The translations under genes were made by a program, and so were the position numbers. Positions 24,321 to 34,185 of a stretch of 64,000 bases of DNA are shown here, piece after piece (positions within the stretch are counted from its first letter, which is position 1; each line of letters opens with the position of its first letter). The notes beneath the pieces are model-generated. The model worked only from the letters and a program-made list of their open reading frames with translations. It was not told where the DNA came from and ran no database searches. This DNA is from Dicyema japonicum (taxonomy: Eukaryota > Animalia > Dicyemida): positions 202,012 through 266,011 of the forward strand of contig RDEW01000059.1 in assembly GCA_011109175.1 (NCBI GenBank), read 5' to 3'.

Positions 24321-24875
24321 TTTGTCCTTATGTTTTTTATATTAAAAAAATTAAAAATAAATTATGTAAAACTCAATAAATTTACATTATCTCTATAAGA
24401 AAATATCAAACTGTTTTTATTTTTTAACGATAAAGTAATGGCGTTAAAACGGAGAATTAATTTTGGCGGTATTTCGTAAATAAAAATAACATAACATGCT
24501 TTGCCGATTTACGAAAGTATATTGATAATAAGAATGCGCATTGGATGATACAGAACTTAAGAAATCAAAGATCATTAAATAATTTTGGATAATGAAATTG
24601 CAAAATATTTTCCGAATAAATTTGATGACGATTGGGTTCAAAATGCAATCGAAGATAAAGTGATACCAGAAAATCTTACATCAATTGAATATGGACATGT
24701 TATTGACATCAGAATCAAGGTAATTCAGATATATAAAAATCAATTTCTTCTTAATTTATAAAGAACATACATTTCGAAATACCCTGAAATCCAGGAAAGG
24801 GAATACGTACGATAATACCTTTTCCAACAAAAAAAAAGAATAAAAAGAATGGATTAAAAATTAAATTAGTAAAAA

Positions 24876-27800
24876 TTAATTAAAAAAGGAAAAACGAAGA
24901 AGAATAATTCCAAAAATGCTAAAAAAATAAGATAGATATAAACAATTGTTTTTCAAGGATGAATTAGGAGATGCAGTTTTTGATGAAAAAGGTAATATGG
25001 ATGAGTGAATTGAGGACAAAGTAAATAAAGTAGTAGATTGAGATTCAGTTGTTGAATTAGAATAAGATTTTAGTTGTTGTTGAACAAAGGTAAAAGTTTT
25101 TGAAGATGTTGAGTCATTGGTGGACTTGTTGTATTCTGAGATTCAGTTATAGAGCAGTCGATGTAGTCGTAGTGTTGGATTGTTAGTAGTTTGAAAGTTT
25201 GTGGTTGATGTTGCATTTGTATAAGCAGTTTGATGTTTGAGTCATTGGTGGACTTGTTGTATTCTGAGATTCAGTTATAGGAGCAGTCGATGTTGTCGTA
25301 GTGTTGGATTGTTAGTAGTTTGAAAGTTTGTGGTTGATGTTGCATTTGTATAAGCATTTGTAGATGTTTGAGTCATTGGTGGACTTGTTGTATTCTGAGA
25401 TTCAGTTATAAGAGCAGTCGATGTTGTCGTAGTGTTTGGATTGTTAGTAGTTTGAAAGTTTGTGGTTGATGTTGCATTTGTATAAGCATTTGTAGATGTT
25501 TGAGTCATTGGTGGACTTGTTGTATTCTGAGATTCAGTTATAAGAGCAGTCGATGTAGTCGTAGTGTTTGGATTGTTAGTAGTTTGAAAGTTTGTGGTTG
25601 ATGTTGCATTTGTATAAGCAGTTGTAGATGTTTGAGTCATTGGTGGACTTGTTGTATTCTGAGATTCAGTTATAAGAGCAGTCGATGTTGTCGTAGTGTT
25701 TGGATTGTTAGTAGTTTGAAAGTTTGTGGTTGATGTTGCATTTGTATAAGCAGTTGTAGATGTTTGAGTCATTGGTGGACTTGTTGTATTCTGAGATTCA
25801 GTTATAAGAGCAGTCGATGTTGTCGTAGTGTTTGGATTGTTAGTAGTTTGAAAGTTTGTGGTTGATGTTGCATTTGTATAAGCAGTTGTAGATGTTTGAG
25901 TCATTGGTGGACTTGTTGTATTCTGAGATTCAGTTATAAGAGCAGTCGATGTGTCGTAGTGTTTGGATTGTTAGTAGTTTGAAAGTTTGTGGTTGATGTT
26001 GCATTTGTATAAGCAGTTGTAGATGTTTGAGTCATTGGTGGACTTGTTGTATTCTGAGATTCAGTTATAAGAGCAGTCGATGTAGTCGTAGTGTTTGGAT
26101 TGTTAGTAGTTTGAAAGTTTGTGGTTGATGTTGCATTTGTATAAGCAATTGTTGATGTTTGAGTCATTGGTGGACTTGTTGTATTCTGAGATTCAGTTAT
26201 AGGAGCGTCGATGTAGTCGTAGTGGTTTGGATTGTTAGTAGTTTGAAAGTTTGTGGTTGATGTTGCATTTGTATAAGCAATTGTTGATGTTTGAGTCATT
26301 GGTGGACTTGTTGTATTCTGAGATTCAGTTATAAGAGCAGTCGATGTAGTCGTAGTGTTTGGATTGTTAGTAGTTTGAAAGTTTGTGGTTGATGTTGCAT
26401 TTGTATAAGCAATTGTTGATGTTTGAGTCATTGGTGGACTTGTTGTATTCTGAGATTCAGTTATAAGAGCAGTCGATGTAGTCGTAGTGTTTGGATTGTT
26501 AGTAGTTTGAAAGTTTGTGGTTGATGTTGCATTTGTATAAGCAATTGTTGATGTTTGAGTCATTGGTGGACTTGTTGTATTCTGAGATTCAGTTATAAGA
26601 GCAGTCGATGTAGTCGTAGTGTTTGGATTGTTAGTAGTTTGAAAGTTTGTGGTTGATGTTGCATTTGTATAAGCAATTGTTGATGTTTGAGTCATTGGTG
26701 GACTTGTTGTATTCTGAGATTCAGTTATAGGAGCCGTCGATGTAGTCGTAGTGGTTGGATTGTTAGTAGTTTGAAAGTTTGTGGTTGATGTTGCATTTGT
26801 ATAAGCATTGTTGATGTTTGAGTCATTGGTGGACTTGTTGTATTCTGAGATTCAGTTATAAGAGCAGTCGATGTAGTCGTAGTGTTGGATTGTTAGTAGT
26901 TTGAAAGTTTGTGGTTGATGTTGCATTTGTATAAGCAATTGTTGATGTTTGAGTCATTGGTGGACTTGTTGTATTCTGAGATTCAGTTATAGGAGCCGTC
27001 GATGTAGTCGTAGTGGTTGGATTGTTAGTAGTTTGAAAGTTTGTGGTTGATGTTGCATTTGTATAAGCAATTGTTGATGTTTGAGTCATTGGTGGACTTG
27101 TTGTATTCTGAGATTCAGTTATAAGAGCAGTCGATGTAGTCGTAGTGTTTGGATTGTTAGTAGTTTGAAAGTTTGTGGTTGATGTTGCATTTGTATAAGC
27201 AATTGTTGATGTTTGAGTCATTGGTGGACTTGTTGTATTCTGAGATTCAGTTATAGGAGCGTCGATGTAGTCGTAGTTGGATTGTTAGTAGTTTGAAAGT
27301 TTGTGGTTGATGTTGCATTTGTATAAGCAATTGTGATGTTTGAGTCATTGGTGGACTTGTTGTATTCTGAGATTCAGTTATAGGAGCCGTCGATGTAGTC
27401 GTAGTGGTTGGATTGTTAGTAGTTTGAAAGTTTGTGGTGATGTTGCATTTGTATAAGCAGTTGTTGATGTTTGAGTCATTGGTGGACTTGTTGTATTCTG
27501 AGATTCAGTTATAAGAGCAGTCGATGTAGTCGTAGTGTTTGGATTGTTAGTAGTTTGAAAGTTTGTGGTTGATGTTGCATTTGTATAAGCAGTTTGATGT
27601 TTGAGTCATTGGTGGACTTGTTGTATTCTGAGATTCAGTTATAAGAGCAGTCGATGTAGTCGTAGTGTTGGATTGTTAGTAGTTTGAAAGTTTGTGGTTG
27701 ATGTTGCATTTGTATAAGCAATTGTTGATGTTTGAGTCATTGGTAAATTAGTTGTAGTTTGAGACTCTGTTGCTAAATTAGTCGCTTCACGAATTGTTGT

Positions 27801-27948
27801 TTGATCGTTATTAGTTTGATTTTTTTTGTTTTTTCATTAAAGGTTGTCATATTTGTACATTCTATAAATCTATTTGAAAACTCAATCCAAATTAAGCAGA
27901 ATCACTATTTTTAATTTTCATTAAACCTATTATTCTCAATATATTCAT
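24876..27948 (-). CDS. Thr-rich mucin-like surface protein with hydrophobic GPI-signal-like C-terminus
   Basis: MTTFNEKTKKNQ... at 27850 leads into the repeats; ends ...PNSSLKNNCLYLSYFFSIFGIILLRFSFFN*. Possible signal peptide MNILRIIVILLNL from 27948 via a 22-nt intron (27905-27926); the join to 27850 is unresolved. Frameshifts in the array look like assembly errors. Confidence 0.7.
25105..27745 (-). repeat. Coding tandem array, 132-nt (44-aa) unit, about 20 copies
   Basis: GAGTCATTGG recurs at 25111, 25239, 25370, 25502, 25634 ... 27734; unit MTQTST(T/I/N)AYTNATSTTNFQTTNNPNTTTTSTA(L/P)ITESQNTTSPP. Confidence 0.97.
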
Positions 27949-28090
27949 TTTTTCTAAAATTTCGATTGTTTTTACGATTATGTATTTATCAATCATTCTT
28001 TTTTTCGTATCACTTTTTTGCAATCATTCATAAATACTTTTTTAACCACCAAAATTGATTAACAATTTTTTTAAACTCACTTTTCTCTTC

Positions 28091-28159
28091 AAAGCTGCAG
28101 ATAAACCAAAGTTTCCGAAGCTTGAAACGAAGTTGGTAGAATGGACGGAGATAGTAGAG
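28091..28159 (+). mobile_element. pogo/Tigger CENP-B HTH fragment, inverted copy of 30405-30530
   Basis: KPKFPKLETKLVEW; near-identical reverse complement at 30405 onward. Confidence 0.55.
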
Positions 28160-28169
28160 CAGAGGTTGT

Positions 28170-30130
28170 CAAGAGGTTGTCAAATAATCTTCTGTTGCGC
28201 CCTAGTTCTCTTAGGTCGTCTGCCGAAGTTAGTCTCATACAACCGCCGATAGGTCTCCATTCAAGGTAATCGAAGTGTCGTTTCTTGGCCTTCCACGGAA
28301 TCGGCTCCTATGTGTACGAAGTAGTTGTCCATCGCGATCTTTGCGGGGACCTAGTTATTTAGACGTAACACGTGGCCAAGGAAGCTCCATCTTTTATTTG
28401 AGAATATCAGCTGACAATAAAGGTTTGCATTAGAAATCTTTATAGGTCAGTTGATATTGATTATCGATTTGAGCTGAGCTCTGTGGAAAAAGTCACGACG
28501 GTCTATTTCCCGTTTAGAGATTCCCCAGTCCCAGAGTTGTAGGTTAGTACCGAAATGACAAAAGCTTTGTATACTTTATCCTGGTGTTTAATTCTGTCCT
28601 CTTCTTGTGGCCACATATTGACGATATTTTTTTCAGTGCATTATAGCAAGGATTTTTTTATGAGTAACATCTTCAGAGTCTCCTTTTGTCTTCTCCATGA
28701 CTTGTCCGATCAACGATCAGTACTTGTAAGCGTTGTGAACTCCGTTTTGTCGGGATTTACGGATAGAACCATTTCGAAAATATGTGTAGAGTACGCTGAG
28801 CATGTGCTGAAGTGTTTAGTATCTTCAGAGACAAAATCTAGATCGTCCGCATAAATTATCTCTTCATAGTTGTTTCCAGTCAGGATAGCGAGTCCCCCCC
28901 CTGGAATTCCACCTGAAGTCGGAGAAATTTGGAGCTATATTTGCCAATTTCGACAGAAAGAAGAGTGTTCTGCACGTGCAGTCGTATTATTTTTAACGTC
29001 GTCTGGTAAAGAAAACTTTCAGAATTCCATAAGTTTTCCCCGGTGTACCAAATCGAATGCACGGGACAATCAATGCAAGTATTTCAATAGATTTTTTTAT
29101 ACTTTTGGCATAGAGCACAATACCCTCTGTGACCCATACTGATTTGTTCACTTTGTTTTATCCGGTGTAATGCAATAAGAGACAGTGTATTGGTCTAAGG
29201 TTGCAAAGGGGACCTTTAGCTTTCCTGGGTTTTTGTAGTGGTGTTTGCCATCCTTCTCTCAATTCCAACGTATTGTCTTCCTAGAGAGACCGATTGAAAA
29301 CATTAGTGATCATTTTGGCTATCTTCCAGGGAATGTTTTAAAAGTTTTCCAGCCCTTACGTTATATTCCCCAGTGACAAGAAGATAAGAGGACGAAAGCG
29401 ATTTGTATATACTCGCAAGAGTAGAGTAAAATTCGTCCAGCTCTTTGATATTTGTCAAGACTCACGTTCCGGTTTGGGCATATAAATTATTATGGAGATG
29501 GCTGAGTTGATTTTATTTCCGCATTTGATTTTCAGCTCTGCGACAGAGTCAGATGTTGCTCAAACTCTTTTAACACAATGAATCAGGTCTTTATGGATTA
29601 CCAACTCTTTTAACACAATGAATCAGGTCTTTATAAATTACAAATGAAAGGTGGAATTTGCCAAAAAGTTTTTTACATTGTACAGTCGTTTTTGTCTCTT
29701 GTAGACAACAGACAGAGATGTTGTATTTTGTTAGATCACATTTTTTGTAAGGTTGTAAGTTTCGGATTTATAAAGTCAAAAATAATCACTCTAATTGTGT
29801 TTCCAATAATCCCGTCATAAAGTAGTTTGTTCGGTAAAAGAGTCTTGAAAGTTTTCATAATTTCAATATCCATGGATTGAATCAAACCAACACTATTTTT
29901 GATTGAAACAATATTTTATAAATCCAAAGTTTCCCGGGAAACAAAATCCCGGAGTTGGTCAATTAAGAGTAAAATATGTTTTTTTTCGTTCTTGAGATGA
30001 AGATCAATATTAATCAGCCAATCATAGATATCCAGTAGAAGACGGAGACATACAAGACGGAGAACCTATAGTCATAATTTTTGGTGTTGTAATAATCACT
30101 GGTGGCAACTTGTGCTTTCCAGTCATGTTT
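28170..30130 (-). mobile_element. Degenerate RTE-like LINE (APE remnant, internal deletion, RT, C-terminus)
   Basis: LDEFYSTL...GEYNVR (EN); LQKPRKAKGPLCNLRPI, FDLVHR, QGGDSLS, IIYADDLDF (RT); FRGRPR...TLNGDL. Confidence 0.75.
29563..29642. repeat. 40-bp tandem duplication
   Basis: AACTCTTTTAACACAATGAATCAGGTCTTTAT(GG/AA)ATTAC occurs twice in tandem. Confidence 0.95.
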
Positions 30131-30249
30131 GAACAAAGCATAATAAAGACACGACCTTTAAAATTTGTGCAACATTGTAATCGGTTTCTGCAGATGTTTG
30201 GAAAGAGCTTGCATATAATGCAGTTTCATACAGATTATAAAAATGCGTA

Positions 30250-30560
30250 GAGATTTCTTTAAGTCTTTGTGAGAAGAGCCAATTTGAAGAGTCTCTTTGA
30301 ATTTATCCAAAAATCCATAACTCATTTGCAGAAAATGTGACTTTGGTAAATATTAAAGCTTCAGTCAGAAACCCACATAGAAGATCGATTTTTGGTAAAA
30401 TACCCTCTACTATCTCCGTCCATTCTACCAACTTCTCTTCAAGCTTCGGAAACTGGTTTATCTACGTGTTTTAAAGCTGCAGATAAACCATCTTCAAGCT
30501 TCGGAAACTGGTTTATCTGCAGCTTTAAAACACGTTTGATATTTTTTGGAATCTTTCAAT
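30250..30560 (-). mobile_element. pogo/Tigger transposase HTH remnant
   Basis: QFPKLEEKLVEWTEIVE...TFSANELW. Confidence 0.5.
30464..30535. repeat. Perfect 27-bp inverted repeat with 18-nt spacer, plus a 28-bp direct repeat (30436-30463 and 30491-30518)
   Basis: ACGTGTTTTAAAGCTGCAGATAAACCA / TCTTCAAGCTTCGGAAAC / TGGTTTATCTGCAGCTTTAAAACACGT. Confidence 0.97.
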
Positions 30561-30699
30561 GTCTTCAGTAAAATATTATTTTTTGTTTTTGCCGATATCG
30601 TCATTTGACACAAGCTTGAGAATCTTTCAGATAAATGCTGGAAACAGCATCATTTTTTATAATTTACAAATTGAGTTTTTTTACGAAAAGTCTGACTCG

Positions 30700-31130
30700 A
30701 GAAGCTCGTAGTGGTCGAATTGTCTCCTGATTAAGTTGGATCAGGTTTCCTCCATAATTCCTTCTGATTAGGATCTCCAAGGGATTCAGCATAATGTTTT
30801 TTTGTACGTAGAGCAAAAGGCGTGTTATGTCTGGAAAATCAACAAGAAGGAATTTTCACCCTAAAACCTGGAAGTTGAAGAGGGAATTGGTTTGGAAAGT
30901 TAACTAGAGGAATTGGAATTTCGATATCTCCCCGGGATTAATCTCCTCATAAACCTCAGTTAGTTTTCCTAATAAAGTTGTGTCTAGTTGACTGCACGTA
31001 TGGCGCCATATCATCTGCTTTCTATTCAATCGTTGATCGCAATGACAAGGTTAATTGAATCTCAGGTGGTATGGATTCTGCTAAATGAAGAAAGTTGGAT
31101 CCCCCGAGGAGGGTGTGGTCTTATAGCTTA
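30700..31130 (-). mobile_element. Highly degenerate LINE post-RT remnant
   Basis: FSRHNTPFALRTK...LEILIRRNYGG...IRP resembles the LINE thumb/C-terminal region. Confidence 0.3.
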
Positions 31131-31199
31131 ATGTTTCAATGTCGTTTTCTCAGTCAAAAGAGTGTCTGTCAGAACAGATGGAAAATGTAATTAATAATT

Positions 31200-31480
31200 A
31201 AGCACTACCGCGTTGCCATAAGCACGTAAGATGCCTAGGCTTTCGCTCGTGCAGAACAAACACTTTATTTAAGTAAAGAACAGTTATTATAACTAATCGT
31301 AGAGGGAGATCCAAGGAATGCTCTTCACTGTTTTTTCTTTTTCTTGTGTGCATGTTCTTTTGACAATCCAGTTCCGCAGTGAGTATCCACTGTTGACGGC
31401 GTCACTCGTCAAACCCTTTCTGCATCGTAGATGCGTGGAACCTTCCACCAGGTGAACAGCAGCGAGATTCGAACCCGTAA
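31200..31480 (-). mobile_element. tRNA-derived SINE, B-box retained, A-box lost
   Basis: Reverse complement reads GGGTTCGAATCTCGCTGCTGTTCACCTGGTGGAAGGTTCCACGCATCTACGATGC..., closely matching 51056-51333. Confidence 0.85.
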
Positions 31481-31579
31481 ATCCACAAGAAATAAATTTT
31501 ATTTTAATAAATAATAATTTTTGTAATTAAATAATTTTAATAAATAAGATTTTTTTAGACATAAAACAACCTTTAAAAC

Positions 31580-32401
31580 ATGTTCGACCCAAAATATAAA
31601 CATCTTCGAGAAGACATAATAGAAGCCATCTCAGAACTACTTTCCATAATGGAGGAACAGATCGATTGGCTTGATGACTTTATTGAAACAGTCAAAGAAC
31701 ACGAATTGACAGTTAATATTAGCAAAACTGTATCAACAACTGCTACAGTGGCAAGCACTGCAATGCTTTTCTTCCCACCTACAGCCATCTTTGGAGCTAT
31801 TGGTTTGGCTGGGTCGGCTGTTGCTGGATGCGGGGTTTCAGTTTTTGATTACATAAAAAATAAAACAAATTCTACCGACTTGAAAGATATTATTGACAAG
31901 TCCCGTGCTAGTGAGAAAAAACTTAATAAACTTTACACAACATTGAGCAACTTTGCCGTTAAAATAGCAGATGAGTTGAACATCGACTTAGAGACGGCAT
32001 TGGGAATCATCTTCAATGAAGGAATCGGTGGAGTTGTATTTAAAATGGGATTAAGTACGGCTGATATTATAAAAATGATTCCACATCTACGTCGTATTGC
32101 AGATGTCATGGAATTTGGCTATGGACTTTTTGAGGCTGGATTTGTGGCAAGTGGAACTGGACTTTCTATGGTAGTTGAAGGAGGGCAAGCATTCTATCAA
32201 GTCACTGGAAGCGTTATTTCCAATACTACGAAAGTTATATCGGGAGTAGGAGCAATCTTCAGCGTTGGGGATACAGTCTACTCTTGGATTAAGGACAATC
32301 CCAACCTTGATTCTGCAAAAAAATGCATAGAAAATATCAGAACAAGAAAGAAAATTCTACAGAGAGAAAGGAAACTGTTTACTAACATGCCCCAATCATG
32401 A
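31580..32401 (+). CDS. Apolipoprotein L-like protein, intronless, 273 aa, no signal peptide
   Basis: Clean ORF; amphipathic N-terminal helices; NISKTVSTTATVAST.. then Gly/Ala hydrophobic hairpin LFFPPTAIFGAIGLAGSAVAGCGVSVFD; second hydrophobic helix VISGVGAIFSVGDTVYSWI; basic C-terminal coiled coil. This is the ApoL layout. Confidence 0.6.
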   Translation: MFDPKYKHLREDIIEAISELLSIMEEQIDWLDDFIETVKEHELTVNISKTVSTTATVASTAMLFFPPTAIFGAIGLAGSAVAGCGVSVFDYIKNKTNSTDLKDIIDKSRASEKKLNKLYTTLSNFAVKIADELNIDLETALGIIFNEGIGGVVFKMGLSTADIIKMIPHLRRIADVMEFGYGLFEAGFVASGTGLSMVVEGGQAFYQVTGSVISNTTKVISGVGAIFSVGDTVYSWIKDNPNLDSAKKCIENIRTRKKILQRERKLFTNMPQS

Positions 32402-32904
32402 TTTACTCTCTATTCCTGCTAACTTATTAATATTATATTTTCTGATCTCTCAAATTGATTCCATTAATGAAATTCCTTAAATTTATGGCTTAAATCGTAA
32501 TCATGACAGATTGCCACACGGTCAAAGCTTAAAGAAAGTCGAACCGGATGAAGGTTATGGAATGTTATTTTGAATCTTAATTAGAAGAAATTGGAATGGT
32601 CAAGCTGGGGGAGGGAGCTTACAAAGGGACTCAATATCTCCCAACTATTTACTTGTTGATAAATACATGAAGTGAATATAATTATTATAGGCAAGATCAT
32701 GACAAAGCACGTGCAACACGAAAAGGTAACAATCTAATAAACATCGCCCATCTTTATCGATTCGTTGCCATGTTCCGTAGCATATCTAGAACATCCCCAT
32801 CTTTAAGGCACTTTCCAATCCTCCTGAGATCTTCATCTAGGATAACCGGCAATTGAGTTAATACTAAACATAAAAATCCCATATGTGTATATAAATCAAA
32901 GTGA

Positions 32905-33150
32905 CCCGTCTATGGTGATGTACGCGACTAATCATCTGCTTTTTATTGATGATTTGAAGATAATTGATGAAAGGGGATATAATTTTAAAAATGATGGAGG
33001 TTATTGATTTCGGTGTTGTTAGTCTTAGAAAATGTGTCAGAGAAACAAAATGCTTGGACGATTGTGCGGATTGTCATTATCTCGGAGTCTCGTAAGACCG
33101 AGGGACTAATGTCATGAAAAATGAAGTCATTGCTGAGAATTTAATATTGT
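32905..33150 (+). mobile_element. RLE retroelement RT fragment
   Basis: TNHLLFIDDLKII...HYLGV. Confidence 0.65.
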
Positions 33151-34185
33151 TTACTTTATATACTAAACACGCCTTTAGAGCATGTGAGTGACGTCACCAG
33201 TTGGTAAGTGAAGAATGACTGGGATACAAATTCAAAAAAAAGAATAACGAATTTGCAAACATTAAATTAATTTATGTTTATTAACATCAATTACTCTAGG
33301 GAGCTTGAATGGCCTGGCTGTTTCCTCTGACAATATCTATTGAGATATACTCTCGAGGCCATCCAGTCTAGTGTAGATCCTTGAGACCATTTTGATCACT
33401 GAGCCGATCAGACGAACAAGACCGTACGCTTGTGGTCCAAGAATTCGTGACTTCTCAACAGAAAATGGGACAAATAAATGATCCTCCGAAATGTTTCAGT
33501 ACTGAGATAGGCAGAGAATACCCGATTGTTAACTGGTTCAAATTAAACGAATTTCTGCATGGTTTATGAATCATCGAAAACTAGGCGTTACACCCCAAAA
33601 TTAGACATTAAAAGATGTTTTCCTATAATAAGGTACTAAATGTTCCTAGTGGTGGACCAAAATTAATTTTCAGATTCTCCTTGTAAAAATGGAACAGTTA
33701 GACGGGTTGATGCATTAATTAATTCGCCATTGTAAAAGTTTTAATTTTGCACAAATATTTTTAAATTAATTTTTTTGTTGAAAAATTCCGTGATTTTTTT
33801 CTAGCCGAAATTGAAGGTTATTACAGAATACGTAAATTTTTGTTAAATATGAAATAAGATGAAAATATTGATATTTTATTGTTAAAACAAAATAAACAAA
33901 TAAGTTAATACTTCATTCGGAAAAAATTTACCAATCTTTGTGAAAATTAAAGCTTGTCGAAATTATAAAGGGAGACCAATGATCATAGTATACATGCTGA
34001 CTTGATCACATATAGAGGGAGATTGATGATCATAACTTTTGCTGGCTTAATAGAGTTTCAGCATTAAATTTATATGTTCTTTAAAATTGTTTAAAACTTA
34101 TAAAATGTGATTTTTAATCAAATGTTATATAGTCTAATAAAGTCAATAACAATAAATGAAAACTTTATTTAACCACAATAAAAAG

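Noticed and set aside
25105-27745. CRISPR-like or satellite array
   Set aside because: There are no unique spacers; the unit is 3n and in frame with unique coding flanks, in a eukaryotic context.
29563-29642. 40-bp tandem duplication as a functional element
   Set aside because: It lies inside a dead RTE relic and is best explained as an ordinary slippage event.
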